Source: Amoebidium appalachense
Taxonomy: Eukaryota > Protista > Ichthyosporea
Assembly: GCA_963693365.1 (NCBI GenBank)
Contig: CAVNZM010000007.1
Span: 4,151,962-4,215,961 of the forward strand
Direction of reading: 5' to 3'
DNA length: 64,000 nt
Positions 42,235 to 55,076 of the stretch are shown one piece after another. Below the pieces are notes generated by a model. The model did not search any database. It had not been told where the DNA came from and saw only the letters and a list, made by a program, of their open reading frames with translations. The translations under genes were made by a program, and so were the position numbers. Within the stretch, counting starts at the first letter, position 1, and each line of letters starts with the position of its first letter.

Positions 42235-42648
42235 AAAAAAAAAAATCCCGAAGAAAAAAAAAATGAAAAAAGAAACACAACAACAGCTCCTCTCCCTAAG
42301 CCTTAGGGGGACCACAATAGTCTTCTCGATCTCACACAATCTCAAAACCTGGGCATCGATAACAAAAGGTTTTTTTTGCCCCCCAAAAAAAAGAGGGAGA
42401 GAGGTGGGGAGGAGGGGGGGGGGGGGGACGGGGAGAACAGAAGGGAGGGTCTCGGAGGGATTGAGGGGGTATCCGGAGGAAAGGAGGCCCGGGGAGGGAG
42501 GGAGCCTCACTGAGGGAGGGGGAGCGAGAGAGAAGCGACAGCTTCGAGTCATGAATGTGATTGAAGTTCTGTTTGAAAGGGAATTTGAGGAGCGCCGGAA
42601 TATACAGGGCAGCGCCGGGGGAGGGGGGGGGGGGGGGGGGGGGGGGGG

Positions 42649-42684
<36 letters not shown>

Positions 42685-43935
42685 AGGGGGGGAGGGGGGG
42701 GGGGATGAAGGGGAGGGGGGGAGAGCCTGGGGAGGGGGGAGGGGGGAGGCGGTTAGTCTAGAAGTTCAGCGCTTGACCATGAACAGAAGAGCTGAATAGA
42801 ACTTCAAGTCATGCATGGATGTCAGCTCGAACCTCTGCGCACGTACTAATAACGTGTATGTGTCTGTGTATGTGTGCCCGTGTGTGTGTACACACGTACA
42901 TGAGTGTGTGTGTGTGTGTGTGTCTGTGTGTGCGCGCGTGTGTGTGCGTGTGTGTGCACGTGTGTGTGTGTGTGTGTGTGTGCCGACGGTGTCGACGCCT
43001 GATTGCCAGTGTATCTTCCAACTGAGTGCACGTGGCTGCATTAAATCACTCATTTTCAATAGCTAGTAACTGTGTGCGTGCGAGTACGAGTGTTAGGGGA
43101 ATAGGATGGAAGTGGTGCTAAGATTCAAGGAAAGTTAAATCGTTCTCTTTTGTAACTTCGGCTTCTGTCTACACACACAGGTATCTCCAGAGTAGCTTAC
43201 TAACTCTGAGAATAATCTCCGTCTGTGGTCTACCGATGCCATCCTTTATATAGTTTTGGTTGCGCGCTTGTCTGGCAGTACCTTGGTGATATGGTGTTGC
43301 CGGGGGGGGGGGGGGGAGGGGGGGAGGGGGGAGGGGGGGGGGGGGGGGTGGGGCAGACGGTGCCGCCTGGTATAGAGGCCAACTTAGCGACTGTACATGT
43401 ATGATACATGCTAACATTTATTAATTGCAGACGTGGCACTGCTGCAGAAGTGAATTTGTACAGATTCAAATTACACATACGTGTATACAGATGGTCTACA
43501 CTGTACGTACATCTATCATATACATACCATAAATGGCGCCCCCATACTCTACAGAAACTTCTACTCACAAGTACATGTAGCAGGTGCTAGACTCCGTACA
43601 ACTGATTATATGACATGAACATGACACGACACAAAACATGACACAAAAAACATGATACATGGGTGGGTCACCTGACCACACCCCAGCGGCCAAAAAACCT
43701 ACACACCTGGCCACGTTGTAGGAAAAAAAGACATCTGTCGAGAAAAACGTCTAGCTACCTGCATGTCCACATACTGATTTACGGACACGGACACAAACAG
43801 TCGGAGACTCACACATACAGAACATGTACATTGTGGACTTTCTCTCTCTCTCTCTCTCTCTCTCTCATGAGGCTCCTCACCGTGCCCACTCCCCTCTCTC
43901 TTTCTCTCTCTTTCTTTCTCTCTCTCTCTCTCCAA

Positions 43936-43975
<40 letters not shown>

Positions 43976-43978
43976 ATC

Positions 43979-44049
<71 letters not shown>

Positions 44050-44051
44050 CT

Positions 44052-44095
<44 letters not shown>

Positions 44096-44263
44096 AGCTG
44101 CTCCTTCTAGATATCCCCCCCTCCCCCCCCCCCCCCCCCCCCCCCCCCTGCCCCAAGAATTTTCCCCTTCCCTTCCCTCCCCCTTAGCCCCTCCCCCCCC
44201 CCCCCCCCCCCCCCCCCACCAACCTCACCCCTGGCACGTACCCTCCGCCCTTTCCCCCACGAA

Positions 44264-45620
44264 CTACTTCCAGGCCCATGTTTGATGGCCATATGGACCA
44301 GCTATTCTCAGCACGTAGCGCCGGCATCGCGGATTTACACATTGCACGACCGTGCCGACATAATGTGGCATCATGGGGCAGCCCACCCCACAAGCACAAC
44401 ACAAATATCCCACGATCTGGTGAACTTGAACCGCGTTTGGTGGAACCATCGGCATTGGGAAAGGATTGCGTATATGGGGCAGAATCGGCCGCTGGGAGCC
44501 AAGGCCCTGACTCGGTGGAACAATTGGGGAATTTGGCGGTGAGCTGCCGCCAGAAGTATCCATTGGATCCACCCCCTGCTGCATGTTTGGTTGCTGGGAA
44601 AGTGGGACCGTAGCGGTGCGGCGGCTGCCTTTGGCTGACGCTGCTGCATTTGACAAGGCTGATAACAAATGCCTCCGTCTCATGCAATGGTCGATTTTGG
44701 CTTGAATTTGTTTAACCGTGTGTGCGCGGAGGATTGAAGCACTATCGCCAACCTCCGCCAAGTTGTGGATACGTCGCAGCTGGTCGTACGTTATTCGAAC
44801 CTCGTCGGCTGTTACCTCGACACCTGCAGTATGGTCACAATTACAACGTGTTAGCATGCTGCAGTCACAAGCTGTATGTACATGTAATCTGTAGTGCTGG
44901 CAGTATGAGAAGAATACATGTCTGCGTGTCTACTGCAAGTGGTATACGTAAAAGCGTGTGTATGCATGTTTGTGTGTGCGCCTCAGTGTGTGAATGCATG
45001 TAATGTGCATGTATATGTGTGCGCCCTAGTGACATGTTCGGCTCTGAGTATCATAGGCCCAGAGGAGGTGGGGAGGAGGGGAGGTGGTGGTGTGTGGTGG
45101 TTATGGTGGTGGTGGTGGTGGTGGTGGGGGGGGTGGTGGTGGTGGTGGTGGGGGGGGGGGGGGGGGGGGGGGAGGGGGGGGAGGGGGCCAGTGGAGAAGA
45201 GGGGGGGGAAGGGGAGAGTGGGGGCTTGGGAGGAGATCCACACCATTCCGTATTGCTGCCTCGACGATAACTTGAATGGCCAAAGACTCTGATATGGCCC
45301 ACTTGCCCGTGCGCAATGGCTCTCCGACTGAAACAAGAAAATGGGAGCCACGAATCCTTGGTAGCTGCTGGCTACCAGTGGTGCTCGCGTTGCCATTAGT
45401 GGGTGCCGAAGCTGCACTGGCCCGATGGCGCTTGCGAGTGCGGGCTGGGGCCCCCTTGCGTACATGGCGGCCGAAAGGGTTCCTGCAATTATAACACTTG
45501 CACTGGCGGCTACAACCGACACCCTTTACATTGCACGCACACCGACCATTTCCCGGGCCTTTGCCGGTGCAGTACGCTGTATCCGTCTTTGATGTTGCAC
45601 GATTCTTGACATTGGCACCC
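44264..45620 (-). CDS. CXC/CRC-like Cys-rich domain protein with helical domain and C-terminal Zn-ribbon-like motif; 2 exons, 5' end uncertain or truncated
   Basis: Exon ~45620-45244 (YCTGKGPGNGRCACNVKGVGCSRQCKCYNCRNPFG, basic RTRKRHR, GKWAISESLAIQVIV) splices in phase 1 (GT-AG) to 44823-44264 (VRITYDQL...LRAHTVKQIQAKIDH...CCACG...CVNPRC). The frame is open to an ATG at 45739, but that stretch overlaps the LRR fragment. Confidence 0.6.
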
Positions 45621-45622
45621 AG

Positions 45623-46073
45623 GCACGAACCGCCCCCAGAAACTTTGACACATCTGTACAGCCAGGAATATGCCCACAACTCACCCGGCTCACCGTGGGC
45701 GCGTATAGGGACGACAGGGCTCTGCCTCGCATGGTCCACCCTCTGGCCTATGTCTGGTGGTTCTCCCGGCTGACGAAGCTGTCATTGACCGAGCCTGTTG
45801 GCCCGTATCTTTTTCCAATGGCCTCACCAATCGCCAGCGTCACCTACCTGGACTTAACCAGTTACGACGACTTCAGTCTCGACCCCGTCACCGTCAAGTG
45901 CCCCAACCTGGTGGACCTGACCATCTCCCCCTACCGCGACGCGGATGACGAAAATTTGACGCTGAAATCCATCTCCGCATTTGCAACCCTGCCCAGGTCC
46001 CGTACTTTGCTCCTGATGGTCCGATTGCATGAATTTCTTGGTGGGCCTTCTGCGTGGGCTGTTAAGTTTACGG
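45623..46073 (+). pseudogene. Leucine-rich-repeat (F-box/LRR-type) exon or gene fragment
   Basis: Open frame with LRR units CPQLTRLTV, FSRLTKLSL, SVTYLDL, CPNLVDLTI, LPRSRTLLL; preceded by CAG (45620-22) and followed by a GTGTGT donor at 46074. No upstream exon or clear downstream exon was identified. Confidence 0.5.
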
Positions 46074-46204
46074 GTGTGTTGGTGCCGTGGTGTTCACATA
46101 TGCATGTATTTGGAATACCCCTTGGTGTCTCTCCCCCCCCCCCCCCCCTCACACTCACACACACACACACATAATGCCCTCCCCCCTCCCCCCCCCCTCC
46201 CCCC

Positions 46205-46277
<73 letters not shown>

Positions 46278-46430
46278 CCCCACACTTCTGCACAAATATT
46301 TTGGCACTCGCCATTGATGTGAAATAATAGCCCTTTCAAATTATTGTCTTTCCCCCTATCTTTTTGTATGATGTGCACCATGCCATGGGGTGGGGTGGTG
46401 GTGGTGCCAGGTGGTGGTGGTGGTGGTGGT

Positions 46431-46503
<73 letters not shown>

Positions 46504-46532
46504 CTCGAGGGTAGTTGGAGAGGAAATTGAGT

Positions 46533-46574
<42 letters not shown>

Positions 46575-46621
46575 CACTGCAGCCTGTACATGTGTTTGCG
46601 ATGCAGCCTGGCCGAGGACGG

Positions 46622-46676
<55 letters not shown>

Positions 46677-47261
46677 AGGGGGGGGGGGGGGGGGGAGGGG
46701 GGGAGGGGCTAGTTTGTCATTTTACAGCTGCTGTTATTTGCAAACCTACGTGTGGGCAATGTCAACAGGAAGACTTAGTGTGGCAGAGCTAACATGTTTT
46801 TCGGCAGGATGGGCAGCAGGGCCTCGAAGAAGGGCAGAGGCGCAGACATAACTTCAACATCATGTGTCGTCCCAAAGTTCATCTCGACGAGTAGTGATCA
46901 TAAGATCCAAGGGGTGTTCAACAAGGGTGAGGTGCAACTGCCTAGGCAACACATTCCCTCCCTTATCAAATAATCCCCATGAAACAGGTCTTTTGCTTGC
47001 GCACGAATTATTCGACAAGCATGCACAAATGGATACTTACAGCTGGGGCGTGAAATGTTGTTACCAATCGTACGCCTTGTTTTCATATATGTATATGCAA
47101 GTATAACAAGTCTGTGTGGATGAATCAAGTTATCAAAACGTACAAGCAATTCATGTTTTATAGTGAAATGCACGTAGACACATGTACCAGCACGGCAAAA
47201 GCTAGCCTGTTTTGTATGAACAAGTATTGGTATAGTATCCCATTGTGTACTTGCCTGTTGA

Positions 47262-47383
47262 ATATTTTAAATGTGAGAATGTTATTTTAAGAATTTAAGG
47301 CTTTTTGTAAGAACGTTTCTCTATATTTTAAATGTGAGAATGTTATTTTAAGAATTTAAGGCTTTTTGTAAGAACGTTTCTCT
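47262..47383. repeat. Perfect 61-bp AT-rich tandem duplication
   Basis: 47262-47322 repeated at 47323-47383. Confidence 0.9.
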
Positions 47384-48288
47384 TCTTTGAAATTCGTCTT
47401 CTTTTTTGTACTTGTATTGTGTCATGCTGTATGTTTGCAGCTGCAGCCTTCGAATATATATGGATGTTTTGTGAATAAAAAATTCTGTGAGCTTGGGTCC
47501 ATGTGGCTTCAGTCTCTGCGGCACTACTCCACCCCTTTCACTCAGCTCATAGTCAGTTGTGCCCCTCATGGGTCACCACACGCAGTATGCATACACATAC
47601 ATGCATGCAGTATCCCCAATCATAAGGAACAAACCACTTTTTTAAAGAAAGAAAAAGGGCACACAAAGAAAGTGATGGACAAAACGTGCTGAAAATGACA
47701 GTCGTTTATTGTGATATGCACCTGGCAACGACCATGCATATGGCATGGGTACAATAGAAGCCTGTATGTACATGTACATGATAATCTGTTGTATACTATG
47801 TCTGTGCCACCATATCATCACCCTGGGCATCAAAGACATCCCATATATGTCTCTCGTTCTGCGGATGTCTAGCAACCCCCCCTTCAAACCAAACCTCAGG
47901 CGCAAACCAACTTCAAGTTCGTCTACGTGTAGGTTGGGGCAGAACCACAGCAACATACAGCTTCCCTAAATCATTTTGCAAAGATCCTATTGACTTTTGA
48001 AGTTGCATCAACACTGCTCACAAACCAAAACAGGCCCACACATACAAACAAGAAAAACCAACGGCATTAGCCAGCAACCGGGCACACCATCTTTGCCTTC
48101 TTTCCCTAGAACATGCCCCATGAACAAAATTCAACCCGGCCGGCCATTTGCTACTGACTGAATGTGGAACATTCCCTCTCACATCGCAATGACAAAATCC
48201 AACACGCTACACAATGTGGACAACAAAAAATCCTTTCATGTCGCTGGGAAAGGGGACAAAAAAAAAAAAAAAAAAAAAAAAAAGAAAA

Positions 48289-48326
<38 letters not shown>

Positions 48327-48491
48327 ATCACAGCCCTCGTAGCCTTCAATGTGTATATAAGACAATATGATGACCCCATTCTACCCCGATGCTCCGATAT
48401 AACATAATATAATCTTCCGCATCTCCATCTTCGCAGTGGTGCCCGCTAACTGGCCACAAACCATAAACTTGGTGCCATAAATTACACCTAC

Positions 48492-48752
48492 TTAGTCCAT
48501 CATCATATCCTGCACATCGTCATGGTGTTGCACTGGGGCCACCTCTGTCGGCACGGTGTCGTCTAATGTTAGCGCATCCATCATCTCCTCGAGCTCTACC
48601 TCGGGGAAATCCTCCTCTGGCTCCTCGTCGGCACCCCCCATGGATTGTGCTCCAAGGTCCGCATTGGGGTCTGGGTATGGTGAGAAAAAACGCACAGTGA
48701 GTACACCATGACAACGTTGCAGTTGTTAGAATTTAGGGGGGGGGGGGGAGTT

Positions 48753-48786
<34 letters not shown>

Positions 48787-49361
48787 TGGGGGAGGAGGGG
48801 GGAGGGGGGAGGGGGGAGGGAGGGTTGCATTTCTCGCAAAACATGTTCATTTCACGACTGCCCTCTACTTTTAAATGCCGCCACAACACCTCAGCCCCAA
48901 ACAGAGCCCGTCATTTCGCGCGCACACGTGTGTGTTTGAGATGAGCCAGGGGAGGCGGGATGGATAAATGCAAAGAGATGGGAGCTCACACTGCAAATAC
49001 TGTAAACGCAGGCAGACTCTCAACACAGAAAGCACAGAGAAACACGTGAAAAGAGGCAGGACAGAAAAAAGCCACCTAGCCAGATGAATGGATAGGTGGT
49101 GGCCATGTACGTGCATGGCCGATTTGCATGTGTTTGTGGGGAGATGAGGGTGCAGGACGCGGCGGTAGTGGTGTTTGTGTCTTGTGTGTGTGTGTGAGGG
49201 GGGGGGGGGGGGGGGGGGGGGATGGGCACAGTACACATAGCACATATTCACGACGGGCTAAACACTTCAAAAACTTCATAGACCGCCGCAAACAAGGGAT
49301 GCATATTATATAGAGCCCGTCATCAGAGGAGCCCCAAGCTCTCCTGAGTACCCGAATTTCC

Positions 49362-49413
<52 letters not shown>

Positions 49414-49454
49414 CTTTTTCTTTTCTTTTCTTTTTTCTTTTCTTTTTTTTTTTT

Positions 49455-49503
<49 letters not shown>

Positions 49504-50319
49504 CATGTACCCTTGTAGATGTTGACGTTTGCACGATACTCCTTGTCTTCCTCCAGATCACGCATGAACATCTCATAGTCCTCTCTGTATGGAGACATAG
49601 AGGTCAGCACTTGAAAGGGCTGCTTAGGGAGTCGGTAAGAGGGTGACCCCCCCCTCCCCCCACACACACAAAGCAAGTCCTTTCAAAAAATTGTGCCAAT
49701 GTGTGTATCCGTCCTGTAGCTGTGATTTGTCTCCATACATGCTGTGTGTGTATGTGTGCTTGTTTGTCGAATGTTTTATGGCTCTGTGTGTGTGTGTTTG
49801 TGTGATCATGTGTTGTGTGTGTGTGTATGCGTGTGTGTGTGTATGTGCATGTACGTGTGCCTGTGTGTTATTGCCATGACTTACGCGGCCTTCTCCGCGT
49901 CCTTCTTGCCTATGCCCTCCTGCTCCTTGCTCAGTGTGGCCAGCTTCCACTTGCGCTTGCTGTTCGTCTTGCGCCTGTTCGGGTATGACTTCTTGACCAG
50001 CACTACGTCCGGCAGCCTGTCCGAGTTGAGCATGTCGAAGTTTGTGTTGTTGGCGTTGATGTACGCTAGGTCGTACCTGCTAAAGTGTCAGAACACAGTG
50101 CCAGAGCATGTAATGTCTACTTCTTGACCCTCTCCCCATCCCCCCCCCCCCCCCCCCCCCCCAGCCCCCCCTTCCCCCCAAATCCTCCTCTCCACGTGAA
50201 AAGAGCATTGTCCCCCCCCCCCCCCCCCCCCCCCCCGCATACCATCAAACTCTCAACACAAACACATGCACTTTGCACATACCAAACCACGGCCGACCCT
50301 TCTTCCCCGCTTCTTCTCC

Positions 50320-50360
<41 letters not shown>

Positions 50361-50463
50361 AAAAGAAAAAAACAAACAAAAAAAAACTCCCTTTTCCCGT
50401 CCGCCACCAGCTACCCACCCAATCCACCGATCAACTTCGTCCATCATGAATCCGTTAATTCCG

Positions 50464-50495
<32 letters not shown>

Positions 50496-50979
50496 TATTC
50501 TCTAACCCCCTCAAACGACATGCAAAGCACACACACACGTGCAAACACAACACAACACAGCATTGCAGGCACGTACCCCATGCATGTGTCACCGGGCTTC
50601 AGCAGGTTGCCCAGGTGGGTGATGGTGCGGAACGTGTGGTCGTTCTTGCCAAAGTCACGTGACCGTGCTACCTCGGCCTCGGCAAGCGCATACTGCATGG
50701 GACAAAATGTGTGAGCAGAGACTTTTTTTTTGCTCTTGAGGTAAAAAGAGCCCCCCCCCCTTCCCCCCCTTCCCCCGCTCAACATAAGAAAAACGACACG
50801 GAGACACAGACCATCTTTGGAAACCAAACAACATCAGCGCGTTCACGGAGAAAAAACGACCAGCCTCAGCCCACAGGCACCAGCAACACAGGCATGCACC
50901 GAAAAACAAACAAAGAAAAGGAGGGCAAGGGCACAGACACATTAAAGAGCTCTATTAAAAACAACCACCACCACCACCA

Positions 50980-51010
<31 letters not shown>

Positions 51011-51696
51011 GAGGGGGGGGGGGGGGGGGGGGGGGGAGGGGGAGAAAAAAGAAAGAAAGCAAGAAAGAGAGTAGCAAGTAGGGGCTCACTCACCCTGCCC
51101 CGTGTGGGGCCCAGCAGCTCGATGTCCAGCACCGTGTATTCGATCTGCTGCTTGTACGAGCACAGCGGCACAAACGGCTCCCGCCAGTACAGGTTGTTGC
51201 TGCACTCCTCAACTGTGCATTGAGTGTGGGCGTGAGAAATACGGGGAAATAAGGGAGAAATGCGGGAGAGGCAAGCATGTGGTGGGGGAGATATACGGAG
51301 AAATAAGTGAGAAATATGGGAGAGTATAACGTGTGTGGGTGAGATATACGGGAGACATTTAAAGCGGGTGAGTGAGATAAACGGGAAAAATAATGTGTGT
51401 GGGTGAGATATACGGGAGAGATATAAAGCATGTGGGTGAGATATACGGGAGATATATGAAGCATGTGGATGAGACATACGGAAAGATATAAAGCGTGTGG
51501 GTGAGATATACGGGAGCGATTGCAAAGCATGTGCGTGAGATATGCGAGAAAGATACAAAGCATATGCGCGAAAAACCACGGAGAAACCCAAAATGAAGGA
51601 ATGTGAGGATGTGCTGTACGGGGGTGAATGAAGTGCAGTGGCGAAAGCATGCAATATGCCAGTTCATAGCCTTGGGTTAGGAGGTGCGTCCGTCGG

Positions 51697-51769
<73 letters not shown>

Positions 51770-52102
51770 CGTGCATGTGGATTTGAATGTCACGGCAGCG
51801 GAACTGTAGCAGGTTAAGTGGGTGAGCAAGGCTAGTCAAGCGACCCCGTCATGCATGAGTCATGTGCAGATGATCGTGAGGAATGTCGTTTGCAATGGTA
51901 ATCGTCCCACATGGCGCAGGGGCGGGGGCAGGGGCGGGGGCGGGGGGAGGAGGAGGGGAACGAGTGCGTGTGTATGGTGTGTGTGTGTGTATGAAGGGGG
52001 GGGGGGGGGGGGGGGGAGGAAGAGAATAGCTCACCTTGAAGTGTGCAAGAGTGTGCAAGAATGGGTTTGTGTGTGTGTGTGTTGGGGGGGGGGGGGGGGG
52101 GG

Positions 52103-52138
<36 letters not shown>

Positions 52139-52167
52139 GGAGGGGAAGAGAGCTCACCTTGTAGTGT

Positions 52168-52219
<52 letters not shown>

Positions 52220-54187
52220 GTCCAAGAAGATAGCTCACCTTGGAGAGTTAGCGGGTCGATGAGTGTTGCTGAAGCGTGCACCTTCGTGCAGACAACAAGG
52301 GGACTGGGGTGAGGGAGGGGAAGGTTGGAAGGTGTCTTATATGCACGAAATACACATAAGGGGGGGAGAGGGACTTATATCACGAAATAAACATAAGGGG
52401 GGGAGAGGGGAGGAGGGGGGGATGGAGTGACTAGGAACTCGTAACGGCCACCATACAGTGTCCTTGGTGATGCAAAAGTATGCCATGTTGTGGGTTTTGT
52501 CCGTACTTACGAAGCAGCCCCCCCCACCCCCCCAACCTCCCGGAAGCCGGTTCAGAATGCACATATACAGTACAATATGTAAAGGGGGGGGGGGGGGGGG
52601 GGTTTGAATGCGCGTCAAAAAGTACGAAGTACACAAGAACAAACGGATAACACGATGCAGAATGCGAAGGGGGGGGGGACCAGCCGATTCCCTATACAGC
52701 CACTCCACACACCCGCAGAATCCAGGGAAACGTAGAATACACAAGGGTCGATGTGTGTGGAGACGAGAGACCGAAGAGGCATCCGTTGCAGAAACATGCA
52801 GGCAACGGGTTTCTATCCCCCTCCCCCCCTCCCCCCCCCCCCCCCCCCTCGTTCATCCTTTCCCCCCTCACGCTCTTACTGCTTTTCTTTCTTTCTTTCT
52901 TTTTCTTTTTCTTTTCTTTCTTTCTTTTCTTTCCTTTCTTTCCTTTTTTTTTTTTGGGGAGGGGGGGGGGGAAAGGGGGAGGGGGGGGGGTAAATACCTG
53001 ATATTGCCCATAGACTTGGCCAGCTTTCTTGGAAGCACGATAAGGTCCTCCTGTGGGAAAAATAAAGGTGGTGGCGTGTTGATTTATGGCAGGAGGGGTG
53101 AAAGGGAGGGGGGGGGGGGGGGGGGGGGGGGAAGGGGGATTTGGTTAAACAGGGGGGTACCTCGTTGGGAAACAACAGGAGAATGGCGAAAAAATATAAG
53201 AGCGTGGCAACGGTTTTCTCAATGGTTACAGGTCAGCCCCTCTGTGCCCATATCCTTGCCATGCAGCACACCCACCCACACACGGACACGCACACACACA
53301 CATGCTAAACTGGCACAACTCTTAAACACCCGTTTGCCGAACTATGCTAACTAGCAGATCTTTACGTCCTTAACCAATGGCTACGTTCTTGGCTCATCTT
53401 TGGGTAGTTCAACCACGTGGGAGGAGAGGAAGAGGGGGAAGGGGGGGGGGGGGGGGGCACGTGTGTGTGTATCATATTGGTGATGGTGAAAGAATCACGG
53501 TATGAACAACATGTCCGCGTCATGAGAGGGCCCCAGGGGGGGGGGGGGGGGGGGGGAGGGGGTGGGGATGGGGCTCAGACCTTGCAAACAGGCATAATTT
53601 CCAGCGAGAAGGTAAATTTGAAGTTTGCCGTGTTGTTGTGCACATCGGATGAGATTAGCCGCTCACTCTTCTTCATTCTGAGGTGGGAAAATGCAACGAT
53701 ATAAGCAGGAGAACATAACCATCACGACGTGCATATCTACCTCCCCTCCCCTCCCCCCCCTTCCCGGGGCGGCTTCTCTCTCTCTCTGTCTGTCTCTATC
53801 CCCCCCCCCTCTCCCCCTCCTCCCTTTTCTCTGTGTATGTGTCTGTGCGCGGGTGTACGTGTGAGGCAGGCCGTTCTTTTTTGCACATATTCCCGGGCCC
53901 ACACAGGCTGCCCATTCAGAAAGAGCAATGCGTATTGACGTGCCCTGTCGACACATGGAGGGAGCATGGGTGAGGGGTGGGCGGGGCGAGGGAGGAGGGG
54001 GGGGGGGGGGGGGGGGGGGAAAGGAATTGTTGGAAGACGTCTCATAGTGCGAGCAACGTCACTCACCCGATGTAGGACAGAGAATGATACGGCAGAAAAA
54101 TATAGAAGAGGAGGGGAGGGGGGGGGGGGGGTGTTGGGGTGGTCGCATAAAAACAACTACAAACACATCTGCTCCTCTGCTGCCCCC

Positions 54188-54218
<31 letters not shown>

Positions 54219-54233
54219 AAACACAAAACAAAC

Positions 54234-54313
<80 letters not shown>

Positions 54314-54870
54314 AACCTAAAAGGGAGGGCCAAAAAAAAAAAAAAAAAAAAAGGACTTTAACACATCATCCATCAATCAACCCCCCCCCCCCCCCCCCCC
54401 CCCAAAAGGTAAAAAAAAAAAAAAAAAAAAAAAATAAACCCACGCACCCACCTGCATGGTGCCACTGTGCCCAGGAAATCTGCCATCTTCAGGGCATCGT
54501 TCTTGGATGCAAAGAAGAAGTCCAACCCTGAAAAACGACCACTTGTAAGCTTATGCTCTTCACTCGTGCCACATGTCACATCACCACACATCTTCCTCTC
54601 TCGTGATGACCCTCCCCCCCCCACACATACACAGACACCCTTTACATCACACACCTTCCTCTCTCGTGTCATGTACTCCCCACCCCCCACCCCCCCACCC
54701 CCCACACACCCTCACATACATACAAACCTGCACGTCAAACACCAAACACAAACACGCAACACACACCCAGATCTTCCCCCCTCCACTCCTTCCTCTTGTC
54801 GCAACCCTGCTGTGCTAGCACCAGCCAGTCAGATACACGCACGCGCACGCGCACGCGCGCGCGCGCGCGC

Positions 54871-54919
<49 letters not shown>

Positions 54920-55012
54920 ACCATCCTTGCTTTCCTTCACGTTGACGGTCTTTGTGTGCGCCTGATGCTTGATGATCAGCTGCTCGAGGAAGAAGAATGT
55001 CTTCTTGTGGTC

Positions 55013-55076
<64 letters not shown>

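Noticed and set aside
42100-43420. Possible multi-exon gene on the minus strand
   Set aside because: Short plausible frames exist, but no phase-consistent GT-AG model or recognisable domain could be built.
47820-47925. LRLRFGLKGG resembling sigma-70 region 4 or a Crypton recombinase motif
   Set aside because: Too short, and flanking residues do not continue either family pattern.
51224-51570. CRISPR-like periodic array
   Set aside because: Head-to-tail degenerate units with no unique spacers, inside a eukaryotic intron.
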